From positions 96,001 through 160,000 of the forward strand of contig JBNKUM010000101.1 of assembly GCA_050298595.1 (NCBI GenBank): a stretch of DNA of 64,000 nt. Direction: 5' to 3'. A program made the position numbers and the translations under genes. Below, piece by piece: positions 51,379-61,109 of the stretch. How positions within the stretch are numbered: the first letter of the stretch is position 1; each line of letters opens with the position of its first letter. This DNA comes from Gammaproteobacteria bacterium (lineage in GTDB: Bacteria; Pseudomonadota; Gammaproteobacteria; GCA-001735895). Under the pieces are notes generated by a model. It had not been told where the DNA came from. It ran no database searches and saw only the letters and a list, made by a program, of their open reading frames with translations.

Positions 51379-53169
51379 GTGCCACAGTCACCGAATGTCG
51401 ATAGTAGCGACGTAGTTAAACTCAGTATCTCTAGCGCAGGTAGCCCGCTAGATGATGCGATAAAGATAGCCTCAGTTTCAGTGACCAAAACTATTAACAG
51501 GATTCCCTATGCAAAAATCATTCTGCTGGATGGTGATATGCCGAATAAGGATTTTCCACTGAGTAACAGCGATGACTTCAAGCCGGGCAGCGAGATCAGT
51601 ATCAATGCGGGCTATGGCGACTCTGAAGAAACGATCTTTAAAGGCATTATTGTGCGCCACGGTATAAAAATCAGTGGGGAAAATTATTCGCGTCTGGTAA
51701 TTGAATGCCGCGATAAAGCGGTGGCGATGACCATCGGACGGCATAACGCTAATTATATCGATTCAAAAGACAGCGATATTATCTCTAAACTGATTGGCGA
51801 ATACAGTGGACTCAGTGCTGATGTGGACAGCACCACTACCGAATACCCCGAACTGGTGCAGTATTACTGTAGCGATTGGGACTTCATGCTGTCGCGCGCC
51901 GAGGCAAACGGCTTGCTGGTGTGTATTGAGAATGCCAGTGTTGCAGTAAAGGCACCGCAGACCAGTGATACACCTGAATTGAAACTCACCTATGGTGAAG
52001 ATCTGATTGAGCTGGATGCCGATATGGATGCGCGCTGGCAGCTCACTGAAGTCAAAAGTGCCAGTTGGGACCCAGCCGAACAGGCCGTGGTGGAAGAGCA
52101 GGTTGCTGCACAAACATTGAACGCTCAGGGTGACCTGCAGGCAGCCGATCTGGCGAAGGTTATTGGGCTGGATTCATTCCGCCTGCAAACTCCCGCACGA
52201 CTGGATAAAACGGCATTAAAGGACTGGGCCACCGCGCAGCAGGTCAAGGCCGGATTAGCACGAATCCGTGGCAGTATGAAATTCCAGGGCAGCGCCAGCG
52301 CAAAAATCGGTTGTATGATCGAACTCGATGGGGTTGGCGAACACTTTAATGGCAATGTATTTGTCAGTTCAGTAAGACACCAGATAGACAGCCATAACTG
52401 GATAACAGAGGTGGACTTTGGCATGTCTCCCGACTGGTTCGCCGATCAGCGTGATCTGATGGCAGCGCCTGCCTCGGGCCTGCTACCGGGGGTCGATGGT
52501 CTGCAAATCGGCGTGGTGATGAAGCTGGATGGCGATCCCGGTGGTGAAAACCGTGTGCAGGTGTCGGTACCAATACTACAGGCGGAAACCGAAGGCGTGT
52601 GGGCGCGGCTGGCGAATTTCTATGCTTCCAATAGCTTCGGTACTTTCTTTATCCCCGAGATAGGCGATGAAGTGGTACTGGGGTATTTGAATAATGATCC
52701 CTCAAATCCGGTGATACTGGGTAGCCTGTATAGCAGTAAACAGGTTCCGCCCTATGATCTCAGCGCAGACAATTTTACCAAGGCTATGGTTACCAGTAGT
52801 CAGCTCAAGATCGAATTTGATGATGACAAGAAAGTCATCAGCATCATCACGCCAGGCGATAACCAGGTGGTGCTCAGCGATGATGCTAAGTCGATCCTGT
52901 TGCAGGACCAGAATGGTAACAAGGTAGAGCTGAATAGCGATGGCATCGTACTGGATAGCCCTGGTGATATCAGTATCAGCGCAAAGGGAAAGGTCAGCAT
53001 CGATGCAACCGGTGAATTAGCAATGAGTTCAAAAGCCGATGTGTCACTTGAAGGGATGAATGTTAAGCAGGAAGCAAAGGCTGGATTCACAGCAAAAGGC
53101 AGTGCCAGCGCTGAGTTGTCGGCCTCAGGGAATACCACCATTAAGGGCGCGATGGTGATGATTAACTAG
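51379..53169 (+). CDS. eCIS spike protein (VgrG/Afp8-like)
   Basis: VQYYCSDWDFMLSRAE, WARLA, FIPEIGDEV, C-terminal beta-helix ending KGAMVMIN. Confidence 0.93.
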   Translation: MPQSPNVDSSDVVKLSISSAGSPLDDAIKIASVSVTKTINRIPYAKIILLDGDMPNKDFPLSNSDDFKPGSEISINAGYGDSEETIFKGIIVRHGIKISGENYSRLVIECRDKAVAMTIGRHNANYIDSKDSDIISKLIGEYSGLSADVDSTTTEYPELVQYYCSDWDFMLSRAEANGLLVCIENASVAVKAPQTSDTPELKLTYGEDLIELDADMDARWQLTEVKSASWDPAEQAVVEEQVAAQTLNAQGDLQAADLAKVIGLDSFRLQTPARLDKTALKDWATAQQVKAGLARIRGSMKFQGSASAKIGCMIELDGVGEHFNGNVFVSSVRHQIDSHNWITEVDFGMSPDWFADQRDLMAAPASGLLPGVDGLQIGVVMKLDGDPGGENRVQVSVPILQAETEGVWARLANFYASNSFGTFFIPEIGDEVVLGYLNNDPSNPVILGSLYSSKQVPPYDLSADNFTKAMVTSSQLKIEFDDDKKVISIITPGDNQVVLSDDAKSILLQDQNGNKVELNSDGIVLDSPGDISISAKGKVSIDATGELAMSSKADVSLEGMNVKQEAKAGFTAKGSASAELSASGNTTIKGAMVMIN

Positions 53170-53224
53170 CCGCTGTCAGAGCCTGTTAACACTAATTAAA
53201 AAAACAACAAATGAGGGTAATGCT

Positions 53225-53524
53225 ATGCCACTCGCAGCCAGAATAACCGATATGCATACCTGTCCTATGCAAACCCCTGCGTTGCCACCGATTCCGCATG
53301 TTGGAGGTCCGGTGATCGGTCCTGGTGTCGCTACCGTATTAATCGAAAAATTGCCCGCTGCTGTGCTCGGCGATAGCTGTGTTTGTGTTGGCCCGCCAGA
53401 TACCATCGCCAAGGGTTCTGCCACGGTGATGATCGGTAATAAACCAGCAGCACGCATGGGCGACACTACAGCACATGGTGGCAGTATCGTCATCGGTGCG
53501 CCGACCGTGATGATAGGAGGGTAA
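53225..53524 (+). CDS. PAAR spike-tip protein
   Basis: AARITDMHTCP, PHVGGP, PAARMGD, HGG. Confidence 0.95.
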   Translation: MPLAARITDMHTCPMQTPALPPIPHVGGPVIGPGVATVLIEKLPAAVLGDSCVCVGPPDTIAKGSATVMIGNKPAARMGDTTAHGGSIVIGAPTVMIGG

Positions 53525-53525
53525 T

Positions 53526-53951
53526 ATGTCCGATACGGATAAAGCATTTCTTGGCACAGGCTGGAGCTTTCCCCCCGAGTTTCATAAGTACGCTGGCGGG
53601 CCGGGCGTGAAAATGGTGAGTGAAGAAGACGATATCGTCGAAAGCCTGAATATCCTGTTGTCTACCCGACCTGGTGAGAGGGTCATGCAACCTTCTTATG
53701 GCTGTGCTTTGCATGCGCTGCTATTTGAAAGCATCAATGAAACCAGTCTGACCGAAATCAGAGATGTCATTGAACGAGCGGTGCTGTTTTATGAGCCGCG
53801 TATTACCCTGCATAGTATCGACTTCGATACGGGGCAGGAGCTGGATGGCAGGCTTGGAATCCAGCTTAATTATACGGTGCGTAAAACCAATACTCGTAGC
53901 AATATGGTGTATCCCTTTTATTACCTGGAAGCAAGTCAGGTTCGTATTTGA
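53526..53951 (+). CDS. gp25-like baseplate protein (Afp9-like)
   Basis: FLGTGWSFPP, TRPGERVMQPSYGC, YEPRI, NMVYPFY. Confidence 0.95.
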   Translation: MSDTDKAFLGTGWSFPPEFHKYAGGPGVKMVSEEDDIVESLNILLSTRPGERVMQPSYGCALHALLFESINETSLTEIRDVIERAVLFYEPRITLHSIDFDTGQELDGRLGIQLNYTVRKTNTRSNMVYPFYYLEASQVRI

Positions 53952-53988
53952 TGATTGAACATTATAGTGCGACAAAAGGACATTGAGA

Positions 53989-56900
53989 ATGGACTGGAAA
54001 GGCATAGCTGTCACCGACGGAAGCGAGCAGCAGGATCGACAGTCAGCTGCGTTGCAGCCAGATTATTTTAATGTCGATGAACTTTCATTTGAAGCATTGC
54101 TGGCAATGGGGTCAGAGTTTGCTTCAGTTATAGATTTCCCTACACTTAAAAACGAAATCGACGGCAACTGGGGAGAATTGTTCAGGGCTGATGAAGCAGT
54201 AATCATGGCATTAATCCTGAGTATCGATTTAAAAAAATTAGAAGCTGATTTCCTGAGGATTTCTACTTCAGATACCGTTAAACTCCACGGCTTTTTGCTT
54301 GATCTCGCACAGCAGATTGATCTCTGGTTTAGCCAGCTTAGTAGCTGCCAGCAGCAATCAGCGCAGTTGCTTGCGCACAGGATCGCAGGCCAGATCGATG
54401 AGCGACTGGCTGCAGAACTGCAACAGCTATACCGTATTTTCGGAGCGAGAGAAACCAGCCCACTCGCTATCAATGCTGAGGAATTCGCCAGTGTGTGGCG
54501 TTTGAGCGAATTCACCAAAGCTGACCCGGTTGAACAGTCAACAGACTCTGATGCAATCTTCGGCAAAGAAACCATACAGCAGTTGAAAACTTCCTTTTCT
54601 GTTTTCTCCAACTCTATTTCCTATCTTAAACAATCAACGGCAATATTGCTGCAGCAAAGCCTGAATAGCGGAATGCATGACCCCGCCATCGGTCTGTTTA
54701 TTGTTTTCATTCGCCTGTACCAGAAAGCGCAAAAAAAATTAAATACATTCACCTCGCGCCATCTAGACCTGTATTACCAGCAGATCCTTAGATGCAAAAA
54801 ACGCAAGCCCGTAGCGAAGAGTTATTACCTGCTGTTAGAGCCACAGCCACGCAGTGAAAGGATATGGGTCGAACCGGGTACTAAATTCAGTGCGGGTAAG
54901 GATTCCGAACTGAATGAAATAATTTATCGTAACGATGAAGGGCTGCTGCTGAGCGATGCGAGAGTTGCCTCCCTTGCCACACTGTATCTGCAGCACGACA
55001 GTCTGATCTCTCCAGAATCTGGGCTTGGCTATGTCACGCGGATGAAATCTGCGACACCAGCTCTGGCCTCTGCTGAAGAGTCGCAACAACCCCTGTGGTC
55101 CCTGTTTGGCGCAGAGCATGCCGGCATGAAAGAAGTGACGGATAGTGATGCCAGTATCGGGTTTTCCATCGCCTCATCTTTGTTATTGCTGGAGCAGGGC
55201 CAGCGCAATATCGATATGGCCATTGAAATTGAGCCAGAGCAAAACGGCGATCTGGATATGCAGCTTGAGAACCTGCTGCAGAGTGATTCTATCAACAATT
55301 TTAAACATCAGTTCAGTGCGCTATTCGCTCGATACCTGCTGACTTTTAAGGGCGGTTTAACATCACAGCAAAAAGCACAGATTTTTGACAAGGCAGAATC
55401 TCTGTTACCCGAACGACAACTGCAGGAATTCACCTCCCTGCTGTATCAGGACTGGCAGGGGCTTTTCTACAGGTTATTGAGCGAGGCTTTTAGCATTAGT
55501 CTGACATCTGAAGAAGGCTGGCTGGATGTGCTGGACTATAAGTTGTTGCCGTACTCGGAAACAACATCAGTGAAAAAGACTGGGCTAAGGATTCAGATTA
55601 GTCTGGGGCAGGAATTGCCATCTGTTACCAACTACTGTGAAGCGGTACATGGTTTAGGTCTGCACAGCGAATTACCGGTGATGCGATGTGTTATCAATCC
55701 GCTAAGTCATTTTTATCCCTATTCAGTTTTTCAGGGCCTGACTATTGCAGCCCTTCAGCTTAGTGTTGACGTAAGCGGCATTAACAAGCTGCTGGCATAC
55801 AATCAACATGGGCAGCTTGATCCTTCGAAACCCTTCCAGCCTTTTGGGCCCTTGCCGGGCGATAGCTCTTACTTCGTATTTGGCAATTATGAGGTTGCTA
55901 GCAAGCCATTAAATGAGCTGACCTTAAATCTTGACTGGGCCGAACTGCCGCGTGACAGTGAAGGCTTTGAAGGATACTACCGAGGCTATCAGACTCAATT
56001 TACAAACAATGCATTTAAAGCGGCATTTAGTGTGCTGGCTGATAGTCACTGGCAGCCTGGTGATCCAGCCGACAGGGATTGTTTTGAGCTATTTCAAAGC
56101 GTATCAGGTACGAATAGCCTGCTCACTACCAGTGTCTTACGAATAATCCAGCTTGAAGCAAGCAAGCCGATAGATAGTCGTATATCCGAAGCGAGTTATG
56201 AGTTTGGCCTGGGGGCACGTAATGGTTTTTTCCAGCTATCACTGAGCGATCCCGCGCAGGCCTTTGGTCATGCCGAATATCCTGCGCTATTAACCCAGAT
56301 ATTGACGGTCAATGCCAGAATCAAAAAACCAAAGGCGTTGCCCAACCCCCCGTATACACCCACTCTCAACGGCTTGTCATTGGGTTATAAGGCGAGCAGA
56401 ACGATTAAACCGATGCAACAGCTGGATGAAATTACAGGGCACAACGACCAGATCTTTCAAATGCATCCCTTTGGTAGCGAGGCTATCTACCCGGCAGTAG
56501 CTGATAAGCCTTGCTATCTTATGCCGCAGTACGAGCATCAGGGTAATCTTTTTATCGGACTGTCGGCTAAAAATCTCAGTGGACCGCTTAGCCTGTTATT
56601 TCGCCTGTCAGAACAAATGCTTCAACAAACTATATCAACTACTAACGGTTTTGACTGGTACTACCTGAGCCAGGATTGCTGGAAGCAGTTACCACCAAAC
56701 CGGGTGCTTTCCGATACCACCTATGGTTTTATTGCTTCGGGCAGGGTCAGTCTGGATCTTCCCAGTGATATCAGGATTGGCAATAGTGTAATGCCAGGGG
56801 AATACTTCTGGTTGAGAGTTTCCACCAGAGATGGCGCAGGCTTGTTCGCGGGTTGTTATACCATCCACTGCAATGCACTAAAGGTAACCCACGAGATCAA

Positions 56901-57801
56901 TCCCGAGATAGATGCAGAGGAAAGTCCAGCGTCACCGATCAAATGGACAGCGGAACGCAAGCTGCCTGGCGAAGGCTCAATCAAACAGGGCGGTGCTGGA
57001 TTCGGTGGTCGCAGCAGGGAAAGTGATCGTCAGTACAACACTCGCATCGCTGAGCGCTTACGTCATAAAAATCGAGCACTATTACCCTGGGATTATGAGC
57101 AGTTGATCCTCGAACGTTTCCCTGAGGTGTTCTTGGTTAAATGTTTCAACAGTATGTCAGCTAAGGATAACGCGATACGCCCTGGCCAGGTATTGATCGT
57201 AGTAGTACCTGAGCGTTCTACACAAGCGGAAGAGGGATGTACTGGGGGGATGTTCAACCTGCAGAAACTACAGCAGATAAATAGTTACGTAAGTAATCTC
57301 AGCTCACCATTTGCCAGCATAGAAGTCTGTAATCCACACTACGAAAAGATACAGCTGCGTTGTAGCGTACGCTTCAACGATAGTATGAGCGAAGGGGTTA
57401 ATATCAATCGCTTAAACCAGCAGGTCTCGGATTATATCTGTCCGTGGAATAAGACCGGTTATCAGGCAAGGTTTGGCTGGAGTATCCGGCAGCAGGATAT
57501 CGAGTCCTACATCCGCAGTTTGAGTTATGTTGACTTTGTCACCAATTTTTCGTTGCTGCATATTACCGTAGATCGACATGGTAACTACAGCCTGTTCGAT
57601 AGCGTAAAGGATGTATCTAAGAAGCTGGCTGTGATTCGGCCACATTACCCATGGAGCCTGGCGTTGCCTGCTGAACAACATTTTATCGAAACCCTGTCGC
57701 GGGCAAGATCGATCCCTGCAGAAATTACCGGGGTAGACGAACTTGCGGTCGGAAGCACCTTTATTATAAGTGGAAGCATTGGTCATGGCGAAAAAGAATA
57801 G
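53989..57801 (+). CDS. Baseplate J/gp6-like wedge protein (Afp11-like)
   Basis: HLDLYYQQIL, KPFQPFG, RIAERLRHKNRA..WDYEQLILERFP; ATG 53989 preferred over TTG 53983. Confidence 0.9.
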   Translation: MDWKGIAVTDGSEQQDRQSAALQPDYFNVDELSFEALLAMGSEFASVIDFPTLKNEIDGNWGELFRADEAVIMALILSIDLKKLEADFLRISTSDTVKLHGFLLDLAQQIDLWFSQLSSCQQQSAQLLAHRIAGQIDERLAAELQQLYRIFGARETSPLAINAEEFASVWRLSEFTKADPVEQSTDSDAIFGKETIQQLKTSFSVFSNSISYLKQSTAILLQQSLNSGMHDPAIGLFIVFIRLYQKAQKKLNTFTSRHLDLYYQQILRCKKRKPVAKSYYLLLEPQPRSERIWVEPGTKFSAGKDSELNEIIYRNDEGLLLSDARVASLATLYLQHDSLISPESGLGYVTRMKSATPALASAEESQQPLWSLFGAEHAGMKEVTDSDASIGFSIASSLLLLEQGQRNIDMAIEIEPEQNGDLDMQLENLLQSDSINNFKHQFSALFARYLLTFKGGLTSQQKAQIFDKAESLLPERQLQEFTSLLYQDWQGLFYRLLSEAFSISLTSEEGWLDVLDYKLLPYSETTSVKKTGLRIQISLGQELPSVTNYCEAVHGLGLHSELPVMRCVINPLSHFYPYSVFQGLTIAALQLSVDVSGINKLLAYNQHGQLDPSKPFQPFGPLPGDSSYFVFGNYEVASKPLNELTLNLDWAELPRDSEGFEGYYRGYQTQFTNNAFKAAFSVLADSHWQPGDPADRDCFELFQSVSGTNSLLTTSVLRIIQLEASKPIDSRISEASYEFGLGARNGFFQLSLSDPAQAFGHAEYPALLTQILTVNARIKKPKALPNPPYTPTLNGLSLGYKASRTIKPMQQLDEITGHNDQIFQMHPFGSEAIYPAVADKPCYLMPQYEHQGNLFIGLSAKNLSGPLSLLFRLSEQMLQQTISTTNGFDWYYLSQDCWKQLPPNRVLSDTTYGFIASGRVSLDLPSDIRIGNSVMPGEYFWLRVSTRDGAGLFAGCYTIHCNALKVTHEINPEIDAEESPASPIKWTAERKLPGEGSIKQGGAGFGGRSRESDRQYNTRIAERLRHKNRALLPWDYEQLILERFPEVFLVKCFNSMSAKDNAIRPGQVLIVVVPERSTQAEEGCTGGMFNLQKLQQINSYVSNLSSPFASIEVCNPHYEKIQLRCSVRFNDSMSEGVNINRLNQQVSDYICPWNKTGYQARFGWSIRQQDIESYIRSLSYVDFVTNFSLLHITVDRHGNYSLFDSVKDVSKKLAVIRPHYPWSLALPAEQHFIETLSRARSIPAEITGVDELAVGSTFIISGSIGHGEKE

Positions 57802-58573
57802 GAGCACATTAAAGCGTTACTTTAGAAAAGGTGCACTGCCATCGGAGGACCAGTTTGGCGATTTGATCGACTCTACGTTGAATCCCATTGATGAGGGCTT
57901 TGATAAAACACCTGAAGAAGGATTCAAGATTTCATTAGTGGGCGATCATAAACGTCTAATCAGTTTTTTTAAATCAGAAGCGGCCAGGGATGTCGTGTGG
58001 AGCATTGACTATGATCGTGACACTGATCATTTACTGATTAAAAATCCACGTGCCGATAGTAGTGCTACACCAGCCATGAGCTTTGATGAGAAAGGGCGTG
58101 TTGGGATTAATAAGCCTGACCCAGCCTATGAGCTGGATGTTGCAGGCGTCATCGCTGCACAGGGGCGTATCGGCGCTAATCCTGACGATCAGAAAACTGT
58201 TGCCGCTGATGGACATTGGCATAGCATCACGGGCGCATTAAGCGGTTGTCATGCCTATGAAGTGATGGCCGGAGTGGGTAACAAGGGTACTGGCAAATAC
58301 GCGTTGATGAATGCATTGGCAATGAATACCTTCAATCCAACGGGGTGGTTATTTAACTTTCTCAATCGTAAAAACAGGATACGCTACCAGCAGGCTTATT
58401 ACCTGAGTCGTGGCAATCGCATGCAGCTGCGCTGGTTAGGGGAGGGTGATCATTATTATCTGCAGATACGCACTGTATGTAGTTATGGTGCCGAAGTAAA
58501 AATCAGATACTACCTTACTCAACTGTGGTTCGATGAAAACATGAGCGAATCATGGGCAGGGCATTCATCATGA
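57785..58573 (+). CDS. Short tail-fibre/adhesin-like eCIS protein
   Basis: NRSTLKRYF..G.LP....F.DLIDS shoulder motif and one GRVGIN...P...LDV.G fibre repeat. Confidence 0.65.
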   Translation: MAKKNRSTLKRYFRKGALPSEDQFGDLIDSTLNPIDEGFDKTPEEGFKISLVGDHKRLISFFKSEAARDVVWSIDYDRDTDHLLIKNPRADSSATPAMSFDEKGRVGINKPDPAYELDVAGVIAAQGRIGANPDDQKTVAADGHWHSITGALSGCHAYEVMAGVGNKGTGKYALMNALAMNTFNPTGWLFNFLNRKNRIRYQQAYYLSRGNRMQLRWLGEGDHYYLQIRTVCSYGAEVKIRYYLTQLWFDENMSESWAGHSS

Positions 58574-58582
58574 GAATGAGTA

Positions 58583-61099
58583 ATGCAAAGCTGGAGCCTA
58601 ATAATGGCTGAAGCGATATCGATAAAAAGGCAGAAAAGCAGCGTAAGTGATAGCAGCTTTGATAGCCTGAGGCGTGAGGCTATTCAATTGATTGAACAGG
58701 TTTCTGGCCTACGCTGGACTGATTACAATCTGCATGACCCAGGTATTACTATTCTTGAGCAATTTATTTTTGCAATCACCGATTTAATCTATCGTACAGA
58801 ATTTGCAGTTGAAGATTACCTGACAAGCGCAGACGGTAGCATCGATTTTAAAGCTCTGGCGCTGCATCCACCCGAGCAGGTATTCAGCTGCCGCCCATGC
58901 ACTGAACTGGACTATCGCAAGTTGTTGCTGGACGCTGTTCCTGTGATTGATAACGTCTGGCTTAAAGCAATTTTCCCTGAATCGCAACAGCGTGGTTTGC
59001 AGGGGCTTTACCGCTTATTGGTAAAACTACCGCAGGGACTGGATCAGCAGCAGAGTGACCACGCCACCGAACAATTGCGTAGGGCATATCATCGTAATAG
59101 AAACCTGTGTGAGGATATTGAAGATATTTCAATTGTTGAAAATCTGGCGTATGAACTATGTGCCAATATTGAAGTGAGCAGTGCGAGACAGCCTGCCGAT
59201 ATCCTCGCGCAAATTTACTTTGAGTGCACGCAGCAACTGGCCAGTAGTGTCACAGTTACGCGCTTCGACGAATTGTCTGAACGCGATCTGCCTTTCGATG
59301 AGCTTTTCGACGGACCCTTCACTGAGCATGGTATATTCCTCGATGAAAATCTGCCCGAGCTGCAGAGTGAGTTCATGGTTTCCAGTTTATTTGCCAGCAT
59401 CAATGCGATTGATGGCGTGGATCATGTTCAGCAACTCTATCTGAAAAAAGATCAGCAGGATTTTTATGACCTGATCGAGTCTGGTGACACGAACAGCGCC
59501 TTTAGCCTGCAGTTGCCACAAAGTCAGGATGAAATCCGGGTTGTACTTACTACTAATGGACGGGTATTAGATGTCGAACTGCATGATTTTTTTGCGCGTT
59601 TTGACGAGGTCAATATCAATTACCATAAGTCACGTTCAAGCGTACAGCAACTGTCATTACTGTATTCACCAGTCGAGGCGGTGAAGCGGCCATTAAACCG
59701 ATATTACAGTATTCAAAACCAGTTCCCAGCCAATTATGCTATCAATGCTCTGGGTGTTGCCCAATCAGCCTCTACCGCAGTCAAGGCCAAAGCCCGCCAA
59801 TTGAAATCCTACCTGCTAATTTTTGAGCAGTTATTGAGTAATTTCCTGGCAAATCTGGATTCGATATCATCCTTGTTCTCGACACAGAGCGAAGTTCGCG
59901 AGACTTACTCATTTCAGCCATTGACTGAGCAACAGATAAATGATCTGCAAACGCTTTATCCACACAATCCTTTCGAGGTTTTCCCCGGGATCATTGCTCG
60001 TTACGATAATAACAATAATCGAAAAAGTCGCTTGCTCGATTATCTGCTGGCTTTATACGGAGAAAGTTTTACCCAGAACTCGCTCAGGCACTTTAAAAAT
60101 ATTTATGCAAAAAATGATATTGATGAAGTTATCGTCAACAATAAGATTCGCTGGCTTAGATTGGTGGTTGAACTGGGCCGTGATCGTGCGGCAGCAGACG
60201 ATTATACAGCGCCACTACAGGGCAGGCATGCAAGCAGCGGCCTGCTGACACGGGTTGCTCTGTTGTTGGGTTTTGAGCCACGCAGCGAGCGTTCTTTTAC
60301 CATGGCGATACTCAGTCAGGGGAAAACGCTTTGCCATCATCACGACTACCAGAGACTGAAGGCGGACAGCCAGGAGCTCAAGCTTATCAATCCAGATCAG
60401 CTGGATGCATCCAGTCGTAACAGCTTCCAGCCGGTATTTTTGCAGGCGTTGGAAAAAGATTTTTCAACGGCTGAATTACGCAAGTCATTATCCGATATCT
60501 TTCCACTGAAAAAAGGCCTGTTAAGCGATGTATTGTTCACCAGAGGTATCAATATCGATAGCTACCGGGTTGGCCGTCTCTCATCAAATGAAGAGTATAT
60601 ACTCACTTTGTTGATTGACGAGGACCAGTACTGGTACCTGGCAAGCTTTGACGACCGTACCAGCGCTGCCAGCGCTGCCAATAGACTAAGGCAGTATTTA
60701 TTGCGACTCAATCAGAAGAGTGAAGGGTTGCACATCATTGAGCATATCCTGCTGCGGCCATCAGCAACGCACACCCATGCGACAATCGGTTTTTCAGAAC
60801 AAGATGATTTTTTCTCCTTGCAATTGAGTGCAATATTTCCTGGATGGTCAGTGCGTTGTGCCGATGAACAATTCCGTATGCTGGCCGAGGAGACCCTGCG
60901 AATTAACCTGCCTGCGCATATTTACCCGCATATCTACTGGCTCGATTTTGCTGCCATGTATGAGTTCGAAACGCTGTATCAACGCTGGCTCGAGCTGAAG
61001 CGTGAACCAGATTCCAAGCCTGGAGAACTTGATTCCAGCGCTCAGTCGTTAATAGAGTTTCTGCTAGCGCAGAGACAGCAGTCGAAAAGTGGAGGATGA
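58583..61099 (+). CDS. Baseplate wedge protein (Afp12-like)
   Basis: WTDYNLHDPGITILE, RNLCED, QLKSYLLIFEQ, EGLHIIEHILLRP, LPAHI; start may be ATG 58604. Confidence 0.9.
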   Translation: MQSWSLIMAEAISIKRQKSSVSDSSFDSLRREAIQLIEQVSGLRWTDYNLHDPGITILEQFIFAITDLIYRTEFAVEDYLTSADGSIDFKALALHPPEQVFSCRPCTELDYRKLLLDAVPVIDNVWLKAIFPESQQRGLQGLYRLLVKLPQGLDQQQSDHATEQLRRAYHRNRNLCEDIEDISIVENLAYELCANIEVSSARQPADILAQIYFECTQQLASSVTVTRFDELSERDLPFDELFDGPFTEHGIFLDENLPELQSEFMVSSLFASINAIDGVDHVQQLYLKKDQQDFYDLIESGDTNSAFSLQLPQSQDEIRVVLTTNGRVLDVELHDFFARFDEVNINYHKSRSSVQQLSLLYSPVEAVKRPLNRYYSIQNQFPANYAINALGVAQSASTAVKAKARQLKSYLLIFEQLLSNFLANLDSISSLFSTQSEVRETYSFQPLTEQQINDLQTLYPHNPFEVFPGIIARYDNNNNRKSRLLDYLLALYGESFTQNSLRHFKNIYAKNDIDEVIVNNKIRWLRLVVELGRDRAAADDYTAPLQGRHASSGLLTRVALLLGFEPRSERSFTMAILSQGKTLCHHHDYQRLKADSQELKLINPDQLDASSRNSFQPVFLQALEKDFSTAELRKSLSDIFPLKKGLLSDVLFTRGINIDSYRVGRLSSNEEYILTLLIDEDQYWYLASFDDRTSAASAANRLRQYLLRLNQKSEGLHIIEHILLRPSATHTHATIGFSEQDDFFSLQLSAIFPGWSVRCADEQFRMLAEETLRINLPAHIYPHIYWLDFAAMYEFETLYQRWLELKREPDSKPGELDSSAQSLIEFLLAQRQQSKSGG

Positions 61100-61109
61100 G
61101 GTTTTACAG

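Noticed and set aside
51379-53951. Type VI secretion system or prophage (VgrG, PAAR, gp25)
   Set aside because: No TssJ/L/M, TssB/C, Hcp or ClpV and no head genes; DUF4255, gp19-type tubes and the Afp-like order indicate eCIS
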